45,400 bases of DNA from a virus. Lineage: Duplodnaviria; Caudoviricetes. The stretch spans positions 1-45,400 of IMG/VR virus record IMGVR_UViG_3300049982_000010; one strand, 5' to 3'. The notes below the pieces were generated by a model. The model saw only the letters and a list, made by a program, of their open reading frames with translations, was not told the origin of the DNA and did no database searches. This document shows positions 28,728 to 37,955 of this stretch, piece by piece. The translations under genes and the position numbers were made by a program. The stretch's first letter is position 1, and each line of letters starts with the position of its first letter.

Positions 28728-29349
28728 GACATATCGTACGGTTGAACAGCGTATTATTGATTTACTGCGAGAGTACCCAAAGACCGTCTTCAGTTCTAAG
28801 CAGATTCACGATAAGGTAGGAAAAAAGACTCCTCGGTATACCTATCTACAGCTACAAAAATTGGCAGAGTCGGGAACAATTTACAGGAAGCCAGGACCTA
28901 ATGCATCTTATCTTTATTCTATAACTAATGTGTCAGGTTGGTATAAAAAGAATCCTATTCCTGGCGACAATCCTAAGGAAATCCATCGTGTAGATGTCAA
29001 CTCTACTAGTGTGCGTTCGTTACTTAAGAGCTGGTCTGAGACAAAGTGGAATCCTAAGATCTACGGCTCTGCACAGTACTTGCCACTAGGAGTAGCGCGG
29101 TTATTCGAATTAGTTGCAGAGTATATGTATGGAGGAGAGGTCACTAAATCAGATTTAACGGAAGTTAAGAAGAATCTCGAACTCTTTAAGAAAGATCTCC
29201 TCTCTACCTGTACAACTCTCTTCAGTATTCTAGAGACTCCAGAACTTTTTGATCCTAAGAAATTTGTAGAATTCCTAGTAGGTGAGGATGCCCCCCCTGT
29301 AGACCTCCTCCGCGAGCAAGCTCATAAACTTAAGGAACATTACAAGTGA
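28720..29349 (+). CDS. winged-HTH DNA-binding protein
   Basis: IIDLLREYP..FSSKQIHDKVG....YLQLQKLAESGTIYR. Confidence 0.7.
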   Translation: MAKTYRTVEQRIIDLLREYPKTVFSSKQIHDKVGKKTPRYTYLQLQKLAESGTIYRKPGPNASYLYSITNVSGWYKKNPIPGDNPKEIHRVDVNSTSVRSLLKSWSETKWNPKIYGSAQYLPLGVARLFELVAEYMYGGEVTKSDLTEVKKNLELFKKDLLSTCTTLFSILETPELFDPKKFVEFLVGEDAPPVDLLREQAHKLKEHYK

Positions 29350-29401
29350 TCATCTTTGCGTCTAAGGTAGTGTGTATGGAGATTTGAGAGGATGTATTAA
29401 A

Positions 29402-29758
29402 ATGATGCCAAACAAAGATGGGTATAAAGAAAAATTTGCTGAACGTGTAGATACGTACATCGAAGTTAATTACGATACTGATATTACAACTGAGCAAATT
29501 GCTAGACATGCAGGCTATTCACTGTTCCATACCAAGCATATGTACAAAGAGGTAACTGGAAAAACTCTCCTGCAATCTGTTAAAGCTAAACGTTTGGAAA
29601 AGATGAAAGAACTACTGAGCACTACTGATTGGTCATTTGCTAAAATTGTAGCTGCAGTGGGGTATTCAGCTGTAGGAAGTATTGGTTGTTTGTTTAAAGT
29701 TGAGACTGGCTACACTCCCGCTGCTTATCGTAGAGCTTTTAATAAAGATGTAGCATAA
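29402..29758 (+). CDS. stand-alone AraC-family HTH domain protein
   Basis: EQIARHAGYS..H...YKEVTG, RLEKMKELL.TTD, FKVETGYTPAAYRR; GAGG RBS before ATG 29402. Confidence 0.9.
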   Translation: MMPNKDGYKEKFAERVDTYIEVNYDTDITTEQIARHAGYSLFHTKHMYKEVTGKTLLQSVKAKRLEKMKELLSTTDWSFAKIVAAVGYSAVGSIGCLFKVETGYTPAAYRRAFNKDVA

Positions 29759-29992
29759 TGGAACTACTATTTTATGGAGCTATTTATTTCTTGGTGGCAA
29801 CTATAATTCTAACAGGACTCTTTGTGGAGATTAAAAACTATTATGATAAACCTAATAGGAATCGTAATAACGATAATACTTATCATATTAGCTAGGTTAA
29901 AAGTTAGGCAACTCGCTAAATTTCATGCCCAACTAAAGATTAACTATCGTGAGTGGCTGTCACAGTTTGATGATCCAGAAACCCACGATTGA
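29758..29992 (+). CDS. two small single-TM proteins (29758-29895 and 29843-29992)
   Basis: MELLFYGAIYFLVATIILTGLF... and MINLIGIVITIILIILARL...; coupling and a GGAG RBS. Confidence 0.45.
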
Positions 29993-30017
29993 CTTTTAGT
30001 GGGGTACATGCTATAAT
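29989..30017 (+). promoter_or_regulatory. strong SigA-type promoter
   Basis: TTGACT-17-TATAAT with extended TG. Confidence 0.75.
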
Positions 30018-30146
30018 GTACATAATAGAGAAAGATAATGAAAATGATGATCCTTGATCGTATTAGAGAGTGTCTAGTCCGTCCCAGTAATTATTATCCC
30101 CGGACCTCGGATAATACCATTATCCTCGGATTAGAAATGTATAAAT

Positions 30147-30362
30147 ATGAAACATCTTCGCTACTTCCCGAGCGATTTAGTACTTAACATCGAACCACAT
30201 ACGGGGGAACATGGTTTCCCGGTAACCCTCAACACTGTAGGGTTAGTCCAATCGGTTGACGATACAGAAGAAAACGTTACTGTCCTGTGGTCTACAGGGG
30301 TCAAGTCAACGATTAGAATTAGTGGAGTAGTTCCGAAACAAAGATCTAAAAGTACAGAATAG
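30147..30362 (+). CDS. hypothetical protein
   Basis: ORF in the rightward operon. Confidence 0.55.
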   Translation: MKHLRYFPSDLVLNIEPHTGEHGFPVTLNTVGLVQSVDDTEENVTVLWSTGVKSTIRISGVVPKQRSKSTE

Positions 30363-30372
30363 AGATCTTAAA

Positions 30373-30648
30373 ATGGACCTGAGTAACTTTCATCCTTCCG
30401 AAATCGTGCAAGTACCTGCCATCATAAAAGCAGGAATGGTGGAATTGCTCAATCCGGATATGTTGAAGCTAGATGAGACTACACTTAAAGCCGTTGCTTC
30501 AGCTATGTCTGGCGAACTAATTCACCTGAAGATGCGCGCAACCTACACAGCACTTGAAAATAATTTGTGTATTGCTAAGGATTGCTACCGTCCGGCTACT
30601 AAAGATAGTGACTGGTGTGATGACGGACCCAACCACAAACACCACTAA
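30373..30648 (+). CDS. hypothetical protein with C-terminal CCCH motif
   Basis: CIAKDC...WCDD..NH. Confidence 0.6.
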   Translation: MDLSNFHPSEIVQVPAIIKAGMVELLNPDMLKLDETTLKAVASAMSGELIHLKMRATYTALENNLCIAKDCYRPATKDSDWCDDGPNHKHH

Positions 30649-30657
30649 TGGAATATA

Positions 30658-30882
30658 ATGAAACGTAAAATCTGTTGGCCAGATCCCGACTGTACGTGTC
30701 TTGAACAGGGATGTGGCTATTGTGCGTCTAGTAAAATAACTAAGACTAAGACTCAGTTACTTACATATGTAGATGAACATCCTGAATTAACGCACAGAGG
30801 TACTGGAGCCAAGCTTTATAATTCATATAACGCATTAGTATATGGAATTGAACATAACAGATTAGGACTTTGGAAGAACTGA
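30658..30882 (+). CDS. Cys-rich hypothetical protein
   Basis: CWPDPDCTC...CGYC. Confidence 0.55.
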   Translation: MKRKICWPDPDCTCLEQGCGYCASSKITKTKTQLLTYVDEHPELTHRGTGAKLYNSYNALVYGIEHNRLGLWKN

Positions 30883-30897
30883 GCGACTGGAAAAATA

Positions 30898-32862
30898 ATG
30901 GAATCTAAGGATGACCTTATCGCTCGAATTCAAAAGTTGGAAGCTAAGCATGAGGAGGATGCTAAAAAAGAAGCTGAGCTTAAGATCATCCTTGAACAGA
31001 ATCGTAAAATTAAGGATGATATCGAAGTAGTACTTGAGGAAGTACGCAAAAGATATATAGCTGCGAGAGATAGTTATAATGGATCTGTTGCTGATCGTAA
31101 TGATCTCAAGTTTGACATGCGTACTGATCAAGAAGAACTAGATAGACTTAAGCGACAGTTGAGTCGTGAACTTGATCGCGAACAGGTTAATGTAAAATAT
31201 CTTCAGCAAGTAGAAGCTTTTAAAGATAAGTGTCTTGAAGCTCCTTGGCGTGCAGAGAATCGAACAGACGGAAGGGGTGCACTACCCCATCAGATTGATG
31301 GAGCTATGCATCTGGCTGTTGCCAAGACTGCGCTACTGGGAGATAAGCGCGGGCTAGGTAAAACTCTCACTGGTCTAGTTACTTGCGACTTCCTCGAAAC
31401 TATGAAGGCAATCTGTATTGTCCCCAGTGATACTATGGATAACTTCATTCGAGAAATTAAAATGTGGACTCCGCACCGTAAGCCTATCAAACTTGGTAAG
31501 ATGACTAAAGCTGAGCGCGGAGTTATTCTTCCTGTCCTCAAGCAACAGTCTGACTATATGCTAGTTATGAACTATGAAGCCTGGCGCAAAGACTATAGCC
31601 TAATCGATGATTTGATTGGTCTTAAGGCTGACACACTAATTCTTGACGAAGCGCACCGAGGAAAAACGCTGAAGACTTCAGCAGGGCAGGGTATTCAAGC
31701 TATTAGATTTGGATTGAATGAATGTCCTAAATGTGCTAGTGATTCTATTGAGAAACTCTCTTCCCCTGTAGACCATGCAGAGTGTTTAGACTGTGAACAT
31801 GTAGCAGAGATGTGGAAGTTCTGTTCTATTAAGAATGTTATTCCCATGACGGGTACTCCCATTCTTAATCGTCCTCAAGAACTCTTCCCACTGCTTAGAC
31901 TTATTGATCCTGAAAATAATAAGACTGAGAAACAGTACCTTCGGGATTTCTGTCAGCAAGATCTTTATACCAGCCACTGGAAGTGGAAGGCCGGGGGAGA
32001 GAAGAAGGTAATTGAAAAAATCGGTCACCGTTACCTAGCGCGTGACCGTAAGGCTGCTGGTGTTATTATTCCTCCGGCTACTCCTCAACTACATCTTATC
32101 ACTATGGATGAAATTAAGGAGAACTATCCGAATCAGCACAAAGCATATGAGCAGTGTCGTAAGTATGCACAGCTAGTCTTGGATCCGGACACTGAAACGA
32201 CCATGTCTATGCCGGTATTCTTAACCGTGCTACTCAGGCTCCGGCAAGTTCTCACCTGGCCTGCTGCTATCGAATTAAAGAAGCCTGTTACAGACGAAGA
32301 AGGTAAAGTTCTATACCACGAAGTTGTGGCTAGACTTGACGTGCATGAATCTGCTAAGCTCGATAAAGCCGAAGAACTAATGCGAGAAATTATAGATGAA
32401 GGCGAAAGAGTTGTTCTCTTTTCTCAATTCAAGATGCCACTGGAAATACTCCAAGCAAGACTTGGCGGGAGAACCGCTATCTACAATGGGGACACGTCGA
32501 GTTATAGAAAACAACAAATACAGCTTGATTTTGACCCAAAGACGGTTAAGGCTCAGCCACAATATGATGCCGTTCTCTGTAACTATAAAGCTGCGGGGGA
32601 GGGACTTAACTTTAACGCTGCGTCACAGATGATTATCTTGGATGAGGAATGGAATCCAGGTAGACAGTCACAGGCGTACGGCCGAATTGACAGATTAGGC
32701 CAGACACGAGAGACTACAATCCACACTATTCGAGTTGAGAATTCTGTGGATACTTGGATGGCTGGATTGTTGGAAGAGAAGTTGGATCTAGTGTCTGGCT
32801 TTGAAGATACCGCAAATATGTACCGTAAGATGTTCGACGATCTCCGAAAGGGTAATCTGTGA
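30898..32862 (+). CDS. SNF2-family (SF2) helicase with zinc-ribbon insertion
   Basis: DKRGLGKT, DEAH, TGTP, LFSQF, EGLN, QAYGRIDRLGQ; CPKC..CLDC insert. Confidence 0.92.
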   Translation: MESKDDLIARIQKLEAKHEEDAKKEAELKIILEQNRKIKDDIEVVLEEVRKRYIAARDSYNGSVADRNDLKFDMRTDQEELDRLKRQLSRELDREQVNVKYLQQVEAFKDKCLEAPWRAENRTDGRGALPHQIDGAMHLAVAKTALLGDKRGLGKTLTGLVTCDFLETMKAICIVPSDTMDNFIREIKMWTPHRKPIKLGKMTKAERGVILPVLKQQSDYMLVMNYEAWRKDYSLIDDLIGLKADTLILDEAHRGKTLKTSAGQGIQAIRFGLNECPKCASDSIEKLSSPVDHAECLDCEHVAEMWKFCSIKNVIPMTGTPILNRPQELFPLLRLIDPENNKTEKQYLRDFCQQDLYTSHWKWKAGGEKKVIEKIGHRYLARDRKAAGVIIPPATPQLHLITMDEIKENYPNQHKAYEQCRKYAQLVLDPDTETTMSMPVFLTVLLRLRQVLTWPAAIELKKPVTDEEGKVLYHEVVARLDVHESAKLDKAEELMREIIDEGERVVLFSQFKMPLEILQARLGGRTAIYNGDTSSYRKQQIQLDFDPKTVKAQPQYDAVLCNYKAAGEGLNFNAASQMIILDEEWNPGRQSQAYGRIDRLGQTRETTIHTIRVENSVDTWMAGLLEEKLDLVSGFEDTANMYRKMFDDLRKGNL

Positions 32863-33197
32863 GTGGGGAGGACAAACTAGGAGAACTTAGAGAAGCTACT
32901 CGACTAGCTAATCAAGTTCTTAAAGATCTCAAACAAGAACGAAAAGAGGCTACTGAATTAGTTCAAAATTATGTAGCTAAACTTGAAAAGACTATTGGTG
33001 CTGAACTAGTTAAACAACTTGATGAATTAGGTAAAGCTACTCAAAAAGCTATGGATGATTCTGTAACTAGAGTTTTCAAAAAGTTTGATGAGCTTGCTGC
33101 TCTAATGATGGGTGAAGAAAAATCTCAAATTAGAAAAGGCGAACCTTCTATTTCTGATTTAGTTAAATACCGTCAATCACTTAAGGAGAATAACTAA
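32859..33197 (+). CDS. coiled-coil hypothetical protein
   Basis: GTGA overlap. Confidence 0.65.
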   Translation: MSGEDKLGELREATRLANQVLKDLKQERKEATELVQNYVAKLEKTIGAELVKQLDELGKATQKAMDDSVTRVFKKFDELAALMMGEEKSQIRKGEPSISDLVKYRQSLKENN

Positions 33198-33376
33198 TGG
33201 CTCAGCACCAGTCTGCAATTAATTTCAGTGAACTTAAGGAATTATCTGAGGAGGTGATGGACGGTACCGACGTCTATGTTCGAGTTGATGGAGAAATCTT
33301 TAAGGCTACTGCCGTTAACGTAAACGATGAAGTTACTCCCGGAACCGCAGTAATTCTTATCGAGATTGAAGACTAA
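33197..33376 (+). CDS. hypothetical protein (59 aa)
   Basis: AAGGAG RBS, TAATG coupling; MAQHQSAINFSEL...IEIED*. Confidence 0.7.
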   Translation: MAQHQSAINFSELKELSEEVMDGTDVYVRVDGEIFKATAVNVNDEVTPGTAVILIEIED

Positions 33377-33378
33377 AG

Positions 33379-33540
33379 GTGACTAAAGAAGAACTTCCTA
33401 AGAAGCCTAAAAATGAAGGACAACAGTTAGATAAGAATGCTTTCCGGGCAAGAGTTAAAGAAGCTACCAAGAACGCTGTAGGCAAAGGCAAGAATCCTGG
33501 CGTAGAATCTAAGAAATACTGGGATAAGAAGAAAGACTAG
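33379..33540 (+). CDS. Lys-rich hypothetical protein (53 aa)
   Basis: GTG start directly after the upstream stop. Confidence 0.55.
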   Translation: MTKEELPKKPKNEGQQLDKNAFRARVKEATKNAVGKGKNPGVESKKYWDKKKD

Positions 33541-33653
33541 TAATTAATACAGAGGATGATAATACTATGGATGATGAAGATGTCCTCTACGATATTTATC
33601 GTGATCGCTTGATTGGCGTCCCTAATTAAGTACAGTCCTAATTAAGGATTAAA

Positions 33654-33869
33654 ATGGAATTCGTAGCGCAGCCTGAGAAGAATGAAACGGGGGAATTCGG
33701 GTCTGTTAGTGTTGTTAATAGCAATGGAGAGTTAGTAGATCTCGCAGTAACTCCTAATTATAAGACTGCTAAGATTCTCAAAGATGTTTTAGATACTTTA
33801 GTCCAACGTCATGATGAACTTTTAATCAAAAAGATTGAAGGTTTGCATGACATTAAAGAAGTGGACTAA
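33654..33869 (+). CDS. hypothetical protein
   Basis: AAGGA RBS. Confidence 0.65.
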   Translation: MEFVAQPEKNETGEFGSVSVVNSNGELVDLAVTPNYKTAKILKDVLDTLVQRHDELLIKKIEGLHDIKEVD

Positions 33870-33957
33870 ACCGGTAGTAGTTCCTCCTAAGAAGCCTCGT
33901 CCACCTAAGAAGCCTCCCCCTAATCCACCTAAACCTCCTCCTAAGGAACCGAAGTAG
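33847..33957 (+). CDS. 36-aa Pro/Lys-rich peptide
   Basis: MTLKKWTKPVVVPPKKPRPPKKPPPNPPKPPPKEPK*; GAAGG upstream. Confidence 0.45.
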   Translation: MTLKKWTKPVVVPPKKPRPPKKPPPNPPKPPPKEPK

Positions 33958-33962
33958 CTAAG

Positions 33963-33991
33963 TTGCGATCACTCTAGATCTCTGTCATACT
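33963..33991 (+). promoter_or_regulatory. SigA-type promoter
   Basis: TTGCGA-17-CATACT. Confidence 0.55.
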
Positions 33992-33997
33992 GACTAC

Positions 33998-34125
33998 AGG
34001 TCCTAGGTCCAACCACAAGGTTCGGGCATCCTAGATGGACAGGTAGTAGGCGGAGACACAATCGCTCCCTTGGACCGGCGTGGTGAGATCTTCTAGCCTC
34101 CCGCATCTAGGATGCCCGACAAGAT
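33998..34125 (+). ncRNA. candidate structured RNA or leader with a perfect 16-bp stem
   Basis: TCGGGCATCCTAGATG (34022-34037) pairs with CATCTAGGATGCCCGA (34104-34119); GC-rich intergenic segment behind a promoter. Confidence 0.5.
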
Positions 34126-34141
34126 TTTTAATAGGAGAATA

Positions 34142-34453
34142 ATGCCCTCCGAAGAGGTATATGCCCTAGCCGAAAAAATATTCAATAGTTCTGCTGGTAG
34201 ATATCCTAGAATTATTAATAAAAAAGTTAAGGATTATGAGCCTGCTGATGTAGCTGCTATCTTTACTATGCTAGCAGAGTTGTCCCAAGCTACTGCTGAC
34301 GCTATTGAATCTAATCAACTAGTTAATTTTACAGATACTATTGATTTAAGTGGCCTTCTCATGGATGCGATTAAAAATAACTGTAGTGCTAATTTGATTA
34401 GTCTAGCTAAACTTAAACAGTATTTGCTAATGAAACAATCTGAAGAGAACTAG
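34142..34453 (+). CDS. hypothetical protein
   Basis: AGGAG RBS before ATG 34142. Confidence 0.65.
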   Translation: MPSEEVYALAEKIFNSSAGRYPRIINKKVKDYEPADVAAIFTMLAELSQATADAIESNQLVNFTDTIDLSGLLMDAIKNNCSANLISLAKLKQYLLMKQSEEN

Positions 34454-34455
34454 CT

Positions 34456-34971
34456 ATGCCTTGTATTGACTGTGCTCGTGGATTTCATGGTGAATGCGGA
34501 GATCCATGCTGTTGTGCAGGTCTACAGGAAAAAGCCTCTTTACTATCTGAATCTTTACCTATTGCGCTAGTTTCTGGATTAGTAGGTAGGCCGCCTAAAC
34601 CTGATGATGAAATCAGTGTGTCAGCTGGAAGAAAGCGCGCAGCATCTAGCTATGAATTAGAGATGGGCGATGACAAACTTTGTGAGTGGCTTGGTTTGGC
34701 TAACTGTGGTGGCGGTTTTAAGCCCATTATTGGTTGCTTGCGTGGTAGACGCCAACATATCCACCACGGACCAGACAAAGACACGTCAAACAATGAACGA
34801 CATAACATCTCGCTAATTTGTCATCTCTGTCACAATAGATGGCACGCAGCTAATAATTCACTATACGGAAAAGTTAAGTGTCCCGAGGGCATTCAGCCAA
34901 AGAATCCTAGACCTATGACTAAAGAAGAATTCGTCCAAGCAATTGCCTTCGAAACTAATAGGAAAGAATAA
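34456..34971 (+). CDS. Zn-binding HNH-like endonuclease
   Basis: HIHH...NNERHNISLICHLCHNRWH plus a Cys-rich N-terminus. Confidence 0.7.
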   Translation: MPCIDCARGFHGECGDPCCCAGLQEKASLLSESLPIALVSGLVGRPPKPDDEISVSAGRKRAASSYELEMGDDKLCEWLGLANCGGGFKPIIGCLRGRRQHIHHGPDKDTSNNERHNISLICHLCHNRWHAANNSLYGKVKCPEGIQPKNPRPMTKEEFVQAIAFETNRKE

Positions 34972-35189
34972 TGGCACAGTATCTTGATATTACGTTTACT
35001 GCTAAAATTAAAATTGAATATAAGCCTGAAAATTATCCAGGTTCTTACGAAATTGAACAGATAGTAGAGCAAGAACGTGAAATGATTTTAGATGATCCCG
35101 AAGGTATTATCCAGGCAGCTCTTGAGGAAGAAGATAAGGTATTAGACGGCTCTCACGCAAATGTTGATATTAAGATTGTAGAGGATTGA
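34971..35189 (+). CDS. acidic hypothetical protein
   Basis: TAATG coupling. Confidence 0.65.
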   Translation: MAQYLDITFTAKIKIEYKPENYPGSYEIEQIVEQEREMILDDPEGIIQAALEEEDKVLDGSHANVDIKIVED

Positions 35190-35392
35190 TGACTAGTGCT
35201 GAGTACGAAGAACAAGCTTTAATTATTAAAGGTGGAATTCATCCCGCGCCTTGGAAATCGGAAGGTGTCAATGTATATGACTCCAATGGATTTATGGTAC
35301 TCACTGCTAGGAACGCAATCGTTGCTAAGGTGGTTGCAGACTTATACAATCGTAACCCTGTCGTTCTTCTAGAAGATGATGTAGTCTACTAA
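35186..35392 (+). CDS. hypothetical protein
   Basis: GAGG RBS; PAPW motif. Confidence 0.6.
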   Translation: MMTSAEYEEQALIIKGGIHPAPWKSEGVNVYDSNGFMVLTARNAIVAKVVADLYNRNPVVLLEDDVVY

Positions 35393-35393
35393 T

Positions 35394-35585
35394 ATGGATA
35401 AAGCTACTCAAGAAGCCCTCGCCGGTATTATGGTATGGTGTGTCAGCGCAATCAGTGGAAAACCATATCATCCAAGTAAGAAAGCTGTATACAGAGAGAT
35501 TGAGAAAGCGTTTAGAGAAGACTCTACGGTAACAGCTGACAAGGTAATTGGTATTATGAACAACGCTAGATGGAGTCTTAAGTAG
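35394..35585 (+). CDS. hypothetical protein
   Basis: Packed ORF. Confidence 0.55.
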   Translation: MDKATQEALAGIMVWCVSAISGKPYHPSKKAVYREIEKAFREDSTVTADKVIGIMNNARWSLK

Positions 35586-35615
35586 CTTCCCAGTCCCCAT
35601 CGGAATTAACTTAGC

Positions 35616-35644
35616 TTGCCCCCTGTAGACCTGAATGGTATACT
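35616..35644 (+). promoter_or_regulatory. promoter of the recombination operon containing the genome-wide motif
   Basis: TTGCCC-17-TATACT; CCCCTGTAGACC at 35620-35631 overlaps the -35 and spacer. Confidence 0.65.
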
Positions 35645-35686
35645 GTAGGTCCAAGTGAAAATCGGTATATAAATAATAGGATAATA

Positions 35687-36586
35687 ATGCATACGATTTC
35701 AAATACCGAAGTAGCTATGTTTAACACTTGCCAACGATCTCACTACTATCGATTTCGTTTGGATATTGAGCCCCGATGGGAACTTCTTTCTCGTGCTCTT
35801 AAGCGTGGGATTATTGGTCACGAAGCTTTGGAAGCTTACTATACAGTTCTAAAAAATGGTGGGTCTACAAGGGAAGCCCAAGAAGCTGCCATCGAAGTTA
35901 TTCATCAAAAAGTTAAAGATGAAATTCTTCGTGATTCATTAGATACTAAGCCTTTGGATGATCTGAAGCAGCTTAAGGGTTTGCTGATGATGTATCCTGG
36001 AGTGTACAAGACTGAGCCATTTGAAGTTATTGAAGTTGAAGCAGTTCATAAAGTTAAGGTCAATGAGACTACAGAATACGGCCTGAGACTGGATCTTCTG
36101 GTTCAGTTTACTAAGGGTGAGTACTTTGGAGACTTGGCCCTTATTGACCACAAGTTTATCTATAACTTCAAGACTCCTGCTGAACTAGCTATGGATGCAC
36201 AGCTAGTTAAATACGGTCAAACTCTTAGGTCCAAGGGATTTAAAGTTACAAAAGGTTACTTCAACCAAGTACGAACACGACAGTTGAAAGATCCTGCACC
36301 GACAGATCTCTTTCGTAGAGTAATGGTCCAACCGACTCATAGAGAGACTGAACGTATCTGGGCTGAACAAGCAATTGTAGCTGAGAGAATTGCAACCCTT
36401 AAAGCTATGCCTCGCGAGGATCATTCGGATGCAGTTTCTAGAAATCTTAATCCACTAGTGTGCCGCAGCTGTTTGTTTCAGATGTTGTGCAAAGCTGAAA
36501 TGGGTGGCGATCCAATTAAAAATATGCTGGTGGCACACTATCAGAGGAACACTTACGGTTACTCTACATCTCTAGGGGAAGAATAG
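35687..36586 (+). CDS. Cas4/RecB-like PD-(D/E)XK exonuclease
   Basis: S.T....FNTCQR, G...HEALE, RLDLL, IDHK, CRSC....LC. Confidence 0.88.
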   Translation: MHTISNTEVAMFNTCQRSHYYRFRLDIEPRWELLSRALKRGIIGHEALEAYYTVLKNGGSTREAQEAAIEVIHQKVKDEILRDSLDTKPLDDLKQLKGLLMMYPGVYKTEPFEVIEVEAVHKVKVNETTEYGLRLDLLVQFTKGEYFGDLALIDHKFIYNFKTPAELAMDAQLVKYGQTLRSKGFKVTKGYFNQVRTRQLKDPAPTDLFRRVMVQPTHRETERIWAEQAIVAERIATLKAMPREDHSDAVSRNLNPLVCRSCLFQMLCKAEMGGDPIKNMLVAHYQRNTYGYSTSLGEE

Positions 36587-37377
36587 TGGTAGAACTTAAG
36601 CCCCTAGATCCAGCCCGGTTAGAGAAGTTGAGAGAGATGGGTAGTCAGCCGAATCTCATGGATGACAAGCGACTAGTTCGCGCTTGTTTCTACGGAGATT
36701 TGGGTTCTGGAAAGACTACCCTGGCTGGAAGAATTGCTAAGGTTATCGGTGGGCCAGTCTGCCTTATTAATACTGATTCAGCTTGGACTATTCTTCAGCG
36801 GGATGAAGAATTAGCCGAGAGAATTACTAGATATAAGTATGATAGCCAGCCGCAAGTTCGAATGATCATCCAAGCTCATATAGAGGGTATTGAACCCTTC
36901 GCTAGTTTTAAGACTATTATTTGGGATACGTTTACAACTTCGGTTGACAGATCGCTTAGGGATCTGGTAAAGCTTAAGCCGGAAACTGGGGGTAAACACC
37001 CTGACCCATCTATTGAATCGTATAAGCATTACAGGATGTCTGCTAATTCTACAAAAGACACAGTAGATCTTCTAGCTGAATCAGACTTAAATGTAATTTA
37101 TACAGGTCACGTCCGGCAACCTAGTGATAAAGATAAAGATGAAGGAAAGTTTGCCATCCGTCCTAATTCGCCGGAAGCAAACTACAATGTAGTTGGACAA
37201 GAGGTGAACTTAATCGGATGGTTGTTCAAAGAAAAAGTCGCAGGAAAATTTCTACGGAAAATTCAGACGTCGGGGACAACGACGGAAACAGCGAAGTCAC
37301 AGATTCCGACAATTCCGGAATCAATTCTGGAACAGGATCAGATTCCGGACCTGATCGAAAAGTGGATTCGCAGCTAG
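36586..37377 (+). CDS. Sak4-like AAA ATPase / annealing protein
   Basis: YGDLGSGKTT, IIWDT, TGH; between exonuclease and SSB. Confidence 0.8.
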   Translation: MVELKPLDPARLEKLREMGSQPNLMDDKRLVRACFYGDLGSGKTTLAGRIAKVIGGPVCLINTDSAWTILQRDEELAERITRYKYDSQPQVRMIIQAHIEGIEPFASFKTIIWDTFTTSVDRSLRDLVKLKPETGGKHPDPSIESYKHYRMSANSTKDTVDLLAESDLNVIYTGHVRQPSDKDKDEGKFAIRPNSPEANYNVVGQEVNLIGWLFKEKVAGKFLRKIQTSGTTTETAKSQIPTIPESILEQDQIPDLIEKWIRS

Positions 37378-37436
37378 TTCCCGAAGATAATAAAAAAGTA
37401 GTAGTTGATTTTCCCGACAAAAAAGAAGGTCCAAGA

Positions 37437-37946
37437 ATGTCTATTTTCGGTGATCTCGATGTCCAGGGTGTTGACGATGATCCGTTCTCCATTAAAAATG
37501 GAACTTATCGTGCACGTTGTGTTGATGTGAGCGCTAAGGATCGAGACGACAACACTAAATCTTACAGCTTCAAGTACAAGATTGAAGATGAGTCGGCCGG
37601 TATCTACAATGGTCGTCAGGTTCAGGCTTTCTTTATCATGCCGGATCTTGCTAAGTATTCTGCTGGCACTAAAATTGAAGACATGGAAGAGGACGACCAG
37701 CAGCAGGTTTTGCGGATTCGTTATCACATTCGTAAGGCTTTTGATGTTCCGGAGTCTGAACTTAATAGCTTTGATCCGAAACAGGATGGCGTTAGTCGGA
37801 TCGTTTATGTGACGGTTAAGACTAACGCGGATAAGTCTGATCCCGAGAAGAAGTACGTGAACATTACCAAGATTGAGTCTGAGCGTAGCTTCGATGAGAA
37901 GATGGCTGAATCTGGCAACAGTCTTCTCGGCGGTGATGATTTCTAA
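37437..37946 (+). CDS. single-stranded DNA-binding protein (putative)
   Basis: GTYRARCVD OB-fold-like start; acidic/aromatic C-terminus GGDDF; synteny. Confidence 0.7.
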   Translation: MSIFGDLDVQGVDDDPFSIKNGTYRARCVDVSAKDRDDNTKSYSFKYKIEDESAGIYNGRQVQAFFIMPDLAKYSAGTKIEDMEEDDQQQVLRIRYHIRKAFDVPESELNSFDPKQDGVSRIVYVTVKTNADKSDPEKKYVNITKIESERSFDEKMAESGNSLLGGDDF

Positions 37947-37955
37947 TAGATAAAT

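Noticed and set aside
34022-34119. Retron msr-msd or DGR element
   Set aside because: No reverse transcriptase and no template/variable repeat pair in the genome.
37218-37436. N-terminal extension of the SSB ORF
   Set aside because: Overlaps Sak4, low complexity; a better start with GAAGG RBS lies at 37437.
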